The notes: generated by a model from the sequence alone, not told the origin. Shown: positions 1 through 8,657, counted from the first letter of the stretch. The stretch: DNA of 35,975 nucleotides from Bdellovibrionales bacterium (GCA_022707945.1 JAKIZQ010000001.1:3120-39094); one strand, 5' to 3'. Made by a program: numbers and translations.

Positions 1-1
1 A

Positions 2-142
2 AGGCTATATCTTTCTATAGAGATGGCATATGTTCTGGCTGTTCTTGTTCTTATAGTGTTTGTTAGTTTAATTTCTAGTTATTATCCTGCTAGAAAGGCC
101 GCAAGTGTTCCCCCTATAACAGCTATGCAGAAGGGAGAATAA
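2..142 (+). CDS. ABC transporter permease, FtsX/MacB-LolCE type (C-terminal fragment; gene starts upstream of the window)
   Basis: The frame is open from the window edge to TAA at 140-142. The translation ...MAYVLAVLVLIVFVSLISSYYPARKAASVPPITAMQKGE is a last TM helix plus the YPA(R/Y)+A..++P tail typical of FtsX permeases. The next gene ends with the same kind of tail (IPAYRASKMKPVTAINLS). Confidence 0.6.
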   Translation, partial: RLYLSIEMAYVLAVLVLIVFVSLISSYYPARKAASVPPITAMQKGE

Positions 143-145
143 AAA

Positions 146-1465
146 ATGTTTAAATTCATCCAAATAGCAGTCAGGAACCTCTTAAAGAACAGAAGCAGAA
201 CACTTATACTTTCTGCATCTATAACCATTACGTCGATAATACTTACACTACTGATGTCTCTAACCTCTGGTATAGAAGACACGATGATACGTTCTTCTAC
301 TACACTTTTGACGGGTCATGTTAATATAGCTGGATTTCATAAGATAAGTTCAAGTTCTGCTGCTCCAGTGGTTAAGGACTATAAAGAACTTGAAGATATT
401 GCCAATAACTACATAAAAGACACAAGTGTTATACTTGATAGGATAAAAGGTTGGGGAAAAATAGTTTCTGATACAGCCTCTTTGCAATACCCAATGTGGG
501 GTGTTGATATAAACACAGAAAAAGACATCAAAGAGGTAATGGAAATAGCACCAAAGGAAAAATATGGTAATGGAAGTTTTGATTGTATGAAAGAAAGGGG
601 TGGTGTCCTCATATTTGAAAATCATGCAGACAGACTTGGTGTTGTGGTGGGAGATGCAGTTACTATATCTATGCCTACATATAGGAATACATACAATACG
701 AAGGATGTTAATGTTTGTGCAGTATTAAAGGACATAGGTTTTTTATCTCAGTTTGGAATTTTTCTACACAAAGAGGACCTTAGAGAACTTTATCAGATGA
801 ATGAAACTACGACTGGCCAGATTATGATATATCTTAAGAATGTTAAGGATACGCCCAAAGTAGAGAATCAATTAAGGACTATGCTTGCAGAAAAAGGCTA
901 TAGATTAATGGAGAAGGAGTCAAAACCATTTTGGATGAAGTTCGAACGCGTAACTGCAGAAACATGGACTGGTCAAAAAATAGATATAACAACATGGGAA
1001 GACGAGATCTCGTTCATGAAATGGATAATCAAAACATTTAGCGTCTTAAGTATTTTGTTGGTTTTTGTCCTTCTTTTTATAATAGTACTTGGGATAACCA
1101 ATTCTGTGTGGATGTCTATAAAAGAAAGAACGAGCGAGATAGGGACACTAAGAGCTATCGGTATGCATAGAAAAGAAGTTCTAAAAATGTTCGTTCTGGA
1201 AGGATTTATCCTTTCTGCAATAAGTTCTTTTGTTGGAACGGTGCTTGGTGTTATCTTGTGTTATATAATAAATTTCATAGAAATACCTATTACATCACTG
1301 TCATTTAAAGTATTGTTGCTGAGCGATCACATAATACTTCTTGTTAAACCATCTAATCTTTTGTTCTCTTTTATTACAATAACTTTTTTTGCTACCTGTG
1401 GATCCATAATACCTGCATATAGGGCTAGTAAGATGAAGCCAGTGACTGCTATAAATCTTAGCTAA
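146..1465 (+). CDS. ABC transporter permease, FtsX family (MacB/LolCE-like)
   Basis: 439 aa. The N-terminus IAVRNLLKNRSRTLILSASITI is the classic FtsX TM1. A large periplasmic domain is followed by three C-terminal TM helices and the IPAYRASKMKPVTAI tail. It starts 4 nt after the preceding permease stop. Confidence 0.8.
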   Translation: MFKFIQIAVRNLLKNRSRTLILSASITITSIILTLLMSLTSGIEDTMIRSSTTLLTGHVNIAGFHKISSSSAAPVVKDYKELEDIANNYIKDTSVILDRIKGWGKIVSDTASLQYPMWGVDINTEKDIKEVMEIAPKEKYGNGSFDCMKERGGVLIFENHADRLGVVVGDAVTISMPTYRNTYNTKDVNVCAVLKDIGFLSQFGIFLHKEDLRELYQMNETTTGQIMIYLKNVKDTPKVENQLRTMLAEKGYRLMEKESKPFWMKFERVTAETWTGQKIDITTWEDEISFMKWIIKTFSVLSILLVFVLLFIIVLGITNSVWMSIKERTSEIGTLRAIGMHRKEVLKMFVLEGFILSAISSFVGTVLGVILCYIINFIEIPITSLSFKVLLLSDHIILLVKPSNLLFSFITITFFATCGSIIPAYRASKMKPVTAINLS

Positions 1466-1476
1466 GGAGATAAAAA

Positions 1477-2256
1477 ATGAAAAAACTTATCTTTATTATA
1501 TTTGTGATGTTTTTAGTCATAAAGCCAGTCTATTCAATAAAGCCACTGACTGATGGACAGGCTCTTGAACTAGTTAAGATCGTAGACGATAGACAACGTA
1601 ACAGTGGTGATTATAAATCCAGCGCTTTTATTAAAGAAACAGAAAGAGGCAAAACCCCTAGAGTGTATGAAGCTGTTGTTTATAGAAGGGATCTTGATAA
1701 TAAATTCATGATACTTTTCCTAAAACCAAAAGAAGAGGCTGGTAAAGGATATCTTAAGATAGATAAAAACCTTTGGATGTACGATCCTGCTACTGGAAAA
1801 TGGGACAGAAGGACAGAGAGAGAAAAGATAGCAGGTACTAATTCCAGAAGAGCTGATTTTGATGAGTCAAGATTAGCAGAGGAATATACAGTAAAATATA
1901 TTGGTAATGAAAAATTAGGTCAGTTTGATTCATATAAGATAGATCTTACTGTAAAGAAAGGAATAGACGTTGCATATCCTAAGATAATGCTTTGGGTAGA
2001 TGCCGAGAATAATAATATATTAAAGAGAGATGAGTATGCTCTATCTGGGAAATTATTAAGAACCACCTTTTATCCAAAGTGGTATAAAAAATATAGCGAG
2101 TCAAAAAAAGCAGATGTGTGGGTCCCACAGGAGATGAGAATATTCGATAAGTTGGAAGTGGGTAATTCCACTATAATACTTATTAAAGAAGTTGATCTTA
2201 ATTCATTACCAGCCAATATATTCACAAAAGCTTGGTTGGAAAGTAAGAGCAGGTGA
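1477..2256 (+). CDS. LolA-like outer-membrane lipoprotein-sorting family protein (periplasmic)
   Basis: 259 aa with signal peptide MKKLIFIIFVMFLVIKPVYS. Its size and the pattern ...YRRDLDNKFMILFLKPKEEAGKGYLKIDKNLWMYDPATGKW resemble LolA_like proteins, which usually sit next to FtsX permeases. SD AGGAG lies 6 nt upstream. Confidence 0.6.
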   Translation: MKKLIFIIFVMFLVIKPVYSIKPLTDGQALELVKIVDDRQRNSGDYKSSAFIKETERGKTPRVYEAVVYRRDLDNKFMILFLKPKEEAGKGYLKIDKNLWMYDPATGKWDRRTEREKIAGTNSRRADFDESRLAEEYTVKYIGNEKLGQFDSYKIDLTVKKGIDVAYPKIMLWVDAENNNILKRDEYALSGKLLRTTFYPKWYKKYSESKKADVWVPQEMRIFDKLEVGNSTIILIKEVDLNSLPANIFTKAWLESKSR

Positions 2257-2261
2257 GTATT

Positions 2262-3521
2262 ATGAATAAAACCTTATCTAGAATATTTTTATTGTTGTTA
2301 ATTCTTAATTCTTTCGTGGTTTTTGCAGAGGATTTCCCAACAGATGAGATTAGTTTAGACCAAGGTTTTGCAGAGGATAAAGGTATCACGCAGGAGCAAA
2401 AGGATTTTTCCTTGAGGGATAAGACAGAAATTGGTGGTTCCATATTCAGTGATTTTTATTATTCAACATATAGTGATAAGAGTTTTAATAATAACGTTTT
2501 TACTAATACCAATCTTGGATATGTGTATCTTGATTCAAAACTTCCAGAGGACGTAAGGTTTTTTCTTAAGGGTAAGTTCGTCTATACTCCTACTTCTGAA
2601 GGTGAACTTTCTCCTGTAACAGGGGAGACGTACGAAAAACTTTCTGCTGATCTTGATGAAGCAAAGATAATGTTCAATGCATACAACAGTGTTTTCTTTA
2701 CATTGGGTAAACAAAAAGTGAAATATGGTGCGGCAAAGTTTTGGAATCCAACTGATTTTTTGAACCAGACCATGAAGAACCCCTTTTACGACTATGATAG
2801 AAGAACAGGGCTACCGTTGGTTAAAATGCATATTCCAATAAATAGTAGTAACTTTTATTTGATAGGTGATCTTGATGATGCAAGGAATATAGACCAAGCA
2901 TCTTATGTTGTGCGATATGAGTTGCCTTTAGAAGCATCAGAATTTTCTATTTCAACGAGGGCAAAAAAAGATTCTGCAACAAAGCTTGGTTTTGATCTTT
3001 CTACAGCTTTATATGAGATAGATGTATACGCAGAAACCAGTGTTTCAAAAGGGAGTGACAAGATCTTTTATACACAGGCTGGTACTCCTTACATGGATAC
3101 GAAAAAAACATTTTGGGACGTTTCTGCAGGTATGAGCTATGAAATGCCTTTTCTTGACGCAGATTCAATAACTTTTTCTTTAGAGTACTACTATAACGGT
3201 GAAGGTTATAAAGACCCTTCTATGTATGGTATTCTATGGCTAAAGAAAGCGTATGTACCTCTTAATACGTCCAAGCAGTATGCGATGTTTATGATCTATG
3301 CACCAAATCCAGGTTCATGGAACGATACTAACATAAGTATTTTTAATATTGCCAATCTTACAGACTCTAGTGCTATAACGAGGGCAGAGTTAATGTATCT
3401 TTTTACAAAAGATCTTTCTATTGGATTTAATATAACAGGTCATTATGGCAAGAGTAGCGGTGAATTCCGTTTGTATGGACAACTTTTGGACTTTGGCGTG
3501 AGATTTGAACTTAATTTCTAA
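2262..3521 (+). CDS. putative outer-membrane beta-barrel protein (uncharacterised)
   Basis: From the ATG at 2262 the signal peptide is MNKTLSRIFLLLLILNSFVVFA; the track's GTG at 2253 is less likely. SD AGGTGA lies 5 nt upstream. The sequence has alternating aromatic/hydrophilic strands and a C-terminal ...RFELNF with terminal Phe, typical of OMPs. It is co-oriented and overlapping with the LolA-like gene. Confidence 0.5.
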   Translation: MNKTLSRIFLLLLILNSFVVFAEDFPTDEISLDQGFAEDKGITQEQKDFSLRDKTEIGGSIFSDFYYSTYSDKSFNNNVFTNTNLGYVYLDSKLPEDVRFFLKGKFVYTPTSEGELSPVTGETYEKLSADLDEAKIMFNAYNSVFFTLGKQKVKYGAAKFWNPTDFLNQTMKNPFYDYDRRTGLPLVKMHIPINSSNFYLIGDLDDARNIDQASYVVRYELPLEASEFSISTRAKKDSATKLGFDLSTALYEIDVYAETSVSKGSDKIFYTQAGTPYMDTKKTFWDVSAGMSYEMPFLDADSITFSLEYYYNGEGYKDPSMYGILWLKKAYVPLNTSKQYAMFMIYAPNPGSWNDTNISIFNIANLTDSSAITRAELMYLFTKDLSIGFNITGHYGKSSGEFRLYGQLLDFGVRFELNF

Positions 3522-3942
3522 ATAAAGGATCAGTTAATATAAAGCTCTTTATCTCATCTCTTACACGTCTGTATTGTTCCAATATTTTTTCCTCATTTTT
3601 AAGTCCTTCTGTTATTACTGGTGGATCATCAAAACCATGGTGTGTTTTTTTTGTTTTTGCAGGAAAGTATGGACATGTTTCATTTGCATGCGAGCAAAGT
3701 GTGACTACATAATCAAATTCCTTTATAGGTAGTTCACTGGTGGCTTTAGGTTTTTTGCTTGAGATATCTATCCCTAACTCACTCATAACTTTTACAGCCA
3801 GGGGATCTATATGTGTGCTCTTTTCTACTCCAGCTGAGTAACAAGTTAGATTCTCTTTGTGGTATTGTTGGCAAAAAGCTTCAGCCATCTGGCTTCTACA
3901 AGAATTTCCTGTACATAAAAACAATACACTTTTTTTATTCAT
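3511..3942 (-). CDS. arsC: arsenate reductase, thioredoxin-coupled LMW-PTP type
   Basis: Contains the P-loop [16 protein letters not shown] and the downstream Cys pair in [14 protein letters not shown] (Cys10/82/89 pattern). The real start is the internal ATG at 3942 (MNKKSVLF...), with AAGGAG 8 nt upstream. It overlaps the acr3 stop by 8 bp. Confidence 0.9.
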   Translation of the reverse strand: MNKKSVLFLCTGNSCRSQMAEAFCQQYHKENLTCYSAGVEKSTHIDPLAVKVMSELGIDISSKKPKATSELPIKEFDYVVTLCSHANETCPYFPAKTKKTHHGFDDPPVITEGLKNEEKILEQYRRVRDEIKSFILTDPLFRN

Positions 3943-4969
3943 TAAAATATCTCCTTTTAAAAAATAAAGCCACACTAACAAGACCTATCAGTACTGGTAC
4001 TTCAACTAATGGACCTATTACAGATGCAAATGCAGCTCCGTGACCAATACCAAATGTTGCTATAGCAACAGCTATTGCTAATTCAAAATTGTTTGAAGCT
4101 GCAGTAAAAGAAAGTGTAGTGGCTTCTTTATAATTGGCTCCAAACTTTTTGCTTAAGAAAAAAGAGATAAGGAACATTAGAACAAAGTATATTAACAAAG
4201 GTATTGCTATTCTTATTACATCTAGAGGTAGTTCTACTATATATTCACCTTTTAGCGAGAACATAACAATTATAGTAAATAAAAGAGCTATCAATGTTAT
4301 GGGACTTATCTTTGGTATGAATTTTGTGTGGTACCATTCTTTACTCTTAACCCTTATCATCGAGTATCTAGTTATGAGTCCAGCAATAAAAGGTATCCCA
4401 AGATATATCAAAACACTTTTAGCTATTTCTGATATAGTGATATCTATTACAACTCCTTTAAGACCAAACCATGAAGGAAGTACTGTTATAAAAACATATG
4501 CATAGACTGAAAAAAATAGTACTTGAAATATTGAATTAAAAGCAACAAGTCCTGCACAATATTCTGTATCGCCTCTGGCTAAATCGTTCCAAACTATTAC
4601 CATGGCAATACATCTTGCTAACCCAATAAGTATTAAACCAGTCATATATTCTGGCCTATCACTTAAAAAGACTATAGCCAGTATGAACATAAGGATAGGA
4701 CCTATTAACCAATTTTGAATAAGTGACAAAGTTAAAATCTTTTTGTTAGAAAAAACTCTTCCCATTTCTTCGTATTTTACTTTTGCAAGTGGTGGGTACA
4801 TCATTAGGATTAGACCAATTGCTATAGGTACAGACGTTGTTCCAACATTAAACTTATTTATAAATGGTACTATTTCTGGAAAAATATACCCAAGTATTAC
4901 ACCTATAAACATCGCTAGGAAAATCCATAAAGTTAAAAATCTATCAATAAACTTTAATCGGATAGCCAT
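3935..4969 (-). CDS. acr3: arsenite efflux transporter, ACR3 family
   Basis: 344 aa polytopic membrane protein. The N-terminus [25 protein letters not shown] and the overall pattern match ACR3/ArsB(BART) carriers. SD GGAG is upstream, and arsC lies immediately downstream. Confidence 0.9.
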   Translation of the reverse strand: MAIRLKFIDRFLTLWIFLAMFIGVILGYIFPEIVPFINKFNVGTTSVPIAIGLILMMYPPLAKVKYEEMGRVFSNKKILTLSLIQNWLIGPILMFILAIVFLSDRPEYMTGLILIGLARCIAMVIVWNDLARGDTEYCAGLVAFNSIFQVLFFSVYAYVFITVLPSWFGLKGVVIDITISEIAKSVLIYLGIPFIAGLITRYSMIRVKSKEWYHTKFIPKISPITLIALLFTIIVMFSLKGEYIVELPLDVIRIAIPLLIYFVLMFLISFFLSKKFGANYKEATTLSFTAASNNFELAIAVAIATFGIGHGAAFASVIGPLVEVPVLIGLVSVALFFKRRYFNE

Positions 4970-4992
4970 TTTTTTATCTCCTACTTAGTTAA

Positions 4993-5658
4993 TTAAAAAG
5001 TAAGCGTAAGATAGTAAACACCCACTATTATAAAGACAATACCAGTAGTTTTTCTTGCATAAACCTCCAGCTTACTTGTTTTATTAATCCATGAACCAAT
5101 CGCCTTAACTCCAAAAGCTGTTAAAATAGAAAAAACTAAAACAGGTAGTCCAGTAGCTAAACCATATATGAAGGGCAGAACAAGTCCTGTCTTTGAACTT
5201 AAGGATAAAGGGATCAAACTTCCAAAAAACAATGCCGCAGAAATGGGGCAAAAAGACAAAGCAAAAATAAAACCTAAAATAAAAGAACCAAAGACTCCAG
5301 AGTTTGAGAGTTTTTCAAATTTATCTTTGGAGATGGATAAACCTTTTATTTTGATTTTTATAGCATCGAGCAGAAATATGCCAATTAATATTAAAACTGG
5401 TCCTAAAGCCATGTTCATATATTTTTGTAGTAAATTAGCAATGGTTGGAACAGACATAAAAGATTTTATGACAATAAAACCTACAATGGCATATGCCAAC
5501 ATTCTACCCATTGAATAAAGTAGTCCAGAAATAAATACAAATTTGGTATGAACAATCTTTTTAGATATGAAAGTAACGGAGGCAATGTTGGTTGCTAGAG
5601 GGCAAGGACTTATGGAAGTTAAAATTCCAAGCCAAAAAGCAGTAAAGATAACAAACAT
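4993..5658 (-). CDS. DsbD_2/CcdA-like transmembrane thiol-disulfide protein (ArsG-family-like)
   Basis: 221 aa with about 6 TM helices. A Cys-Pro motif sits in TM1 (SISPCPLATNIA) and a second Cys in FALSFCPISAALF. It is embedded in the ars operon directly after a CxxC thioredoxin-like lipoprotein. The ArsG-family assignment is from memory of family naming and needs an HMM check. Confidence 0.55.
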   Translation of the reverse strand: MFVIFTAFWLGILTSISPCPLATNIASVTFISKKIVHTKFVFISGLLYSMGRMLAYAIVGFIVIKSFMSVPTIANLLQKYMNMALGPVLILIGIFLLDAIKIKIKGLSISKDKFEKLSNSGVFGSFILGFIFALSFCPISAALFFGSLIPLSLSSKTGLVLPFIYGLATGLPVLVFSILTAFGVKAIGSWINKTSKLEVYARKTTGIVFIIVGVYYLTLTF

Positions 5659-5668
5659 AGAAAATCTC

Positions 5669-6133
5669 CTATTTGGTGCTTAAGTATCCGTCTATTTCAT
5701 TCTTAACATAATTAAAAAACTTCTCTTTATTTCGAACATACTCCCATATCTTGTCTAAGTTTTTATATTTAATTTCCTTGGAGTTTTTTGTAACAGAAAC
5801 AGTCAGGGTTTTTGTATACAACTGATAATCTTTTATATAATGCTCATTACCTTTTTCTTCAACGTTGATGGCTTTAAAATTAATCTTACCTGACTCAATT
5901 TCTTTTTTGAAATATGTCTCGACAGCCTCTTTTGAATAGTTCTCTATATTTCTACAGGTTGGACACCTGAATTTGCCGTGGAAGTAATACACATTTACTA
6001 CTATTGTCTTTGGTGTTTTACTTTCAGCCTCTACTTTATTCTCTGTAGGTTCTTGTTTAACAGTCTGCTGTGGTGTTTTAGCACATGCCATAAAAGACAT
6101 TAGTACAGCAAACAGTATTATTTTAACTTTCAT
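5669..6133 (-). CDS. thioredoxin-like CxxC lipoprotein (ArsF-family-like)
   Basis: 154 aa. The signal/lipobox-like N-terminus is MKVKIILFAVLMSFMAC, and VNVYYFHGKFRCPTCRNIE is a thioredoxin-fold CxxC motif. Its start shares an ATGA overlap with the upstream DGC gene stop (6130-6133). Confidence 0.5.
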   Translation of the reverse strand: MKVKIILFAVLMSFMACAKTPQQTVKQEPTENKVEAESKTPKTIVVNVYYFHGKFRCPTCRNIENYSKEAVETYFKKEIESGKINFKAINVEEKGNEHYIKDYQLYTKTLTVSVTKNSKEIKYKNLDKIWEYVRNKEKFFNYVKNEIDGYLSTK

Positions 6134-6519
6134 AGTTTCTCCATTATAAGCTTTATAGCTTTTTCTATATTGTAGTCGTTACAAGGTGTTTTCCCTTTTT
6201 CAAATCCTAGGTCTTTAAGATTAAAACTTTTAGTTTTTATTCCTTTAGCTTCTAAAAGTTTCTTAGCACAAGAAACAGAACAGCCATCTATAGCTATAAT
6301 CTGGTTTGCTAACTTTGCAGATTCGACCATTCCAGATAAGTCAGCCCCTATACCAGCAAGGCAACCCATTCCAGAGATACAACCACCAGGAGTGTTGTTG
6401 GCTTTTGCCATACGTCTTGCTATTTTATCTGTGAGTTCTCCCACATCTGAGGCTCCAGAACAGGCATAAACCATTTGCTTGCTACTGCTACAAGAACAGG
6501 AACATTTGCAATTGCTCAT
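6130..6519 (-). CDS. DGC-domain putative zinc-binding protein
   Basis: The real start is the internal ATG at 6519 (MSNCKCSCSCSSS...), preceded by AAGGAGGAAA. It has a Cys-rich N-terminus, YACSGASDVG, and the eponymous IAIDGCSVSC motif. The long N-terminal extension in the ORF track (to 6795) lies inside the upstream permease gene. Confidence 0.65.
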   Translation of the reverse strand: MSNCKCSCSCSSSKQMVYACSGASDVGELTDKIARRMAKANNTPGGCISGMGCLAGIGADLSGMVESAKLANQIIAIDGCSVSCAKKLLEAKGIKTKSFNLKDLGFEKGKTPCNDYNIEKAIKLIMEKL

Positions 6520-6533
6520 TTTTCCTCCTTTAT

Positions 6534-7571
6534 CTAAAATATTAGATTGAAAATATATCCAATTACCAAAATACCGGTGGCCACTACAAAAACAAACGTC
6601 GCTATAAGTTTTGGTTTTAACACTTTTCTTAATATTATCATTTCGGGTAACGATAATCCTATTACAGACATCATGAATGCGAGGACGGTTCCAAGAGCCG
6701 CACCTTTTTCTAGAAGTGATTGGACTATTGGGATTATTCCTGCGGCGTTGGAATATAGTGGTACTCCTATTAGTACAGCAAGGGGAACAGACCAAAATGC
6801 ATTTTTACCCATAATGCCAGCTAGATAATTTTCTGGAATATATCCATGAAAGAAGGATCCAATTGCTATGCCTATTAACAAGTAAGACCATACTTTGCCC
6901 ACTATTTCTTTTACATTGTTGAAACCGATCTCTATCCTTTTTTGCCAACTGGTGATGTTAATAGTATTATTTGTAGCTGTATCTGTATTATTGTACACCC
7001 ATTCTTCTACATATCTCTCTAATTTTAGTTTTCCTATTACCAATCCAGATACTATAGCAATGAATAACCCCGTCGTTAAATACAATAAGGCTACTTTCCA
7101 TCCGAACATTCCCAAAAGGAGTATAAGTGCAACTTCATTTATCATTGGTGCAGATATCAAAAACGAGAAAGTAACTCCAAGAGGTACACCACTAGTAATA
7201 AAACCTATGAACAGTGGTATTGCTGAACAAGTACAGAATGGGGTAGTAACTCCTAAAAGTGAGGCTAGAATATTTCCTGTGAAAGCTCTTTTCCCAGCTA
7301 ATATTTTTCTTGTTTTTTCTGGAGTAAAGAAAGTCCTTATTATCCCTATTATGAAAACTATTATAGCTAGCAAGAGCAGAACCTTTGGTGCCTCGAATAT
7401 AAAAAATTCAATGGCTGAACCAAGTTTTGTCGTAGTATCTAGTTTAAATATAGAAACAGTTATCCAATTAGCTATATTTTCCATTTTTAAGAGTAGAATG
7501 TTTGTTGTTAAAAGGAACAAAAAAGCCTTAAAAATGGTTTTTAGTGATGTTCTATTTTCTGGTAATTTCAC
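6534..7571 (-). CDS. permease of the PF03773/ArsP-like family (putative organoarsenical efflux)
   Basis: Polytopic membrane protein with the Cys-x-Cys motif in TTPFCTCSAIPLFIGF and WITVSIFKLDTTTKLGSAIEFFIFEAPKVLLLL near the N-terminus. The start is ambiguous. GTG at 7571 has GGGAGG 5 nt upstream but overlaps the DUF134 gene by 20 bp. ATG at 7484 (MENIANW...) matches where homologues usually begin. Confidence 0.7.
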   Translation of the reverse strand: MKLPENRTSLKTIFKAFLFLLTTNILLLKMENIANWITVSIFKLDTTTKLGSAIEFFIFEAPKVLLLLAIIVFIIGIIRTFFTPEKTRKILAGKRAFTGNILASLLGVTTPFCTCSAIPLFIGFITSGVPLGVTFSFLISAPMINEVALILLLGMFGWKVALLYLTTGLFIAIVSGLVIGKLKLERYVEEWVYNNTDTATNNTINITSWQKRIEIGFNNVKEIVGKVWSYLLIGIAIGSFFHGYIPENYLAGIMGKNAFWSVPLAVLIGVPLYSNAAGIIPIVQSLLEKGAALGTVLAFMMSVIGLSLPEMIILRKVLKPKLIATFVFVVATGILVIGYIFNLIF

Positions 7572-7848
7572 AACAACCTCCCTCTACTTTTATTGCTTTT
7601 ATATTAACAAGAGCATCTGTAACCTTTTGGTTGGCAGAGGAGAGTATCCTTGAAACAGTTGAGCGATGTATTTTCATTCCCTTTGCTATTTTGTTCTGTT
7701 GCCACTCCTCAAGGTAGGTCAATCTTAACACCTCTAGTTCGTCGATAGTTAAAATAACACCACTAAGTTCACTGGCCTTTTTGCATTTAGGTTTAAAACA
7801 TCTTTCTTTTGGACTACATTTTATCCATCTTGTCTTTTTGGGTCTCAA
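7552..7848 (-). CDS. DUF134 (UPF0251) family DNA-binding protein; candidate regulator of the ars operon
   Basis: RPKKTRWIKCSPKERCFKP...LTIDELEVLRLTYLEEWQQNKIAKGMKIHRSTVSRILSSANQKVTDALVNIKAIKVEGG matches the DUF134 pattern (MPRPKK.R...FKP...DE.EA.RL...ISR.TV.R.L..AR.KV..AL..G.AI.I.GG), a sigma70-region-4-like HTH. The likely start is TTG at 7848 (M-RPKK...) with AGAGAGG 7 nt upstream. The track's TTG at 7902 adds 18 non-conserved residues. Confidence 0.7.
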   Translation of the reverse strand: MRPKKTRWIKCSPKERCFKPKCKKASELSGVILTIDELEVLRLTYLEEWQQNKIAKGMKIHRSTVSRILSSANQKVTDALVNIKAIKVEGGCCEITRK

Positions 7849-7953
7849 AGTACAACCTCTCTTTATATGGTTTTGCACATGGGTGCATAATAATGTTTTC
7901 AAGTACTTAAGTCAATTTAAAAGATCAGCGAACCTGGATATTGAGCGAGAGGG

Positions 7954-7982
7954 CTTGACTTTCTTTCTGGTAATGCCCAGTT
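7954..7982 (+). promoter_or_regulatory. possible sigma32-type heat-shock promoter upstream of hsp20
   Basis: CTTGACT (7954-7960) - 14 nt - GCCCAGTT (7975-7982), compared with the consensus CTTGAAA-N13-15-CCCCATNT. It lies about 150 nt upstream of hsp20. This is pattern match only. Confidence 0.25.
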
Positions 7983-8026
7983 TTTATTTGGAAGGAAGAT
8001 AAAAAAACTTAAAGGGGGTGCTTGAT

Positions 8027-8101
8027 ATGAAATGGTTAAGTGGTTGTGGTTGTGGTTTTTCGTTAGAAGGGCTTTTTGATGATTTTTTTATGTTTAAGTA
8101 A
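8027..8101 (+). CDS. small ORF (24 aa, Cys-rich) in the hsp20 leader
   Basis: ATG at 8027 is preceded by AAAGGGGGTG with a 6-nt spacer. It encodes MKWLSGCGCGFSLEGLFDDFFMFK and ends at TAA 8099-8101. It is too short to appear in the ORF track. It shares a 13-nt identity (TGATGATTTTTTT, 8077-8089) with hsp20 codons at 8207-8219. Confidence 0.3.
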   Translation: MKWLSGCGCGFSLEGLFDDFFMFK

Positions 8102-8129
8102 TTAAGTAAGAAAAAAAAGAAGGAGGGAG

Positions 8130-8579
8130 ATGACTATGAAATATGAAATTACAAAACCTACGAACAAAAAATCAATGTTCGATCTTTTCTTTGGTGACAA
8201 ATTCTATGATGATTTTTTTGCACCAGTAACAGGTAGTGTTGGAGAAATGTCTTCTTGGAGACCAGCAGTAGACATAATAGAGAAAGAAGACAAGTATCTT
8301 ATAACAGCAGAGTTACCGGGAGTGGATGAAAAAGATGTAAGTATAGAGGTTAAAGACGGCGTCCTTACTCTAAAAGGAGAAAGAAACAAGGAATACACAG
8401 AAGAGAACGACAATGTTTATAGATGTGAAAGAAGTTATGGCTCGTTTATGAGGTCATTTAACATAGCTGATGTTAACGAAGAGAAAATAGATGCACAGTA
8501 TAAGGACGGGGTATTGAAAATAGAACTTCCAAAAGCTGAGCAGAAAAAACCAAAGAAGGTGAGTATTAAAAAGGGTTAA
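8130..8579 (+). CDS. hsp20: small heat-shock protein, Hsp20/alpha-crystallin family
   Basis: 149 aa. WRPAVDIIEKEDKYLITAELPGVDEKDVSIEVKDGVLTLKGER...GSFMRSFNIADVNEEKIDAQYKDGVLKIELPK is a textbook alpha-crystallin domain. SD AAGGAGGGAG is immediately upstream. Confidence 0.92.
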   Translation: MTMKYEITKPTNKKSMFDLFFGDKFYDDFFAPVTGSVGEMSSWRPAVDIIEKEDKYLITAELPGVDEKDVSIEVKDGVLTLKGERNKEYTEENDNVYRCERSYGSFMRSFNIADVNEEKIDAQYKDGVLKIELPKAEQKKPKKVSIKKG

Positions 8580-8596
8580 TGGCAAAAGTGTTTTCT

Positions 8597-8632
8597 AAGG
8601 GAAGGGGGTATATCTATCTCCTTCCCTTTTTT
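8597..8632 (+). terminator. Rho-independent terminator of hsp20
   Basis: Stem AAGGGAAGG (8597-8605) pairs with CCTTCCCTT (8620-8628). A T-run through 8632 follows. Confidence 0.6.
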
Positions 8633-8657
8633 AATATCATGTAATAATGTCCATTTT

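Noticed and set aside
3943-3981. 13-codon N-terminal extension of arsC
   Set aside because: It lies inside the acr3 coding region. The ATG at 3942 has an AAGGAG SD and gives the normal distance to the CTGNSCRS P-loop.
6520-6795. N-terminal 92-aa extension of the ORF 6130..6795 (MVCSPCCTNRS...)
   Set aside because: It lies entirely inside the 3' part of the ArsP-like permease gene, in another frame. The DGC domain begins at the internal ATG at 6519, which has a perfect AAGGAGG SD, and the extension is Arg/Asn-rich with no domain signal.
6895-7653. 252-aa plus-strand ORF antisense to the permease gene, plus similar antisense ORFs at 4134-4505, 5168-5518, 6547-6828, 34246-34611 and 35398-35838
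   Set aside because: These are mirror ORFs of membrane-protein or strongly conserved genes. They lack SD sequences, have low-complexity composition, and each overlaps a gene with unmistakable family motifs on the other strand.
8042-8058. GGTTGT tandem repeat as a phase-variable microsatellite
   Set aside because: It has only about 2.7 copies of a hexamer. That is too short for appreciable slippage, and hexamer changes would preserve the frame anyway.
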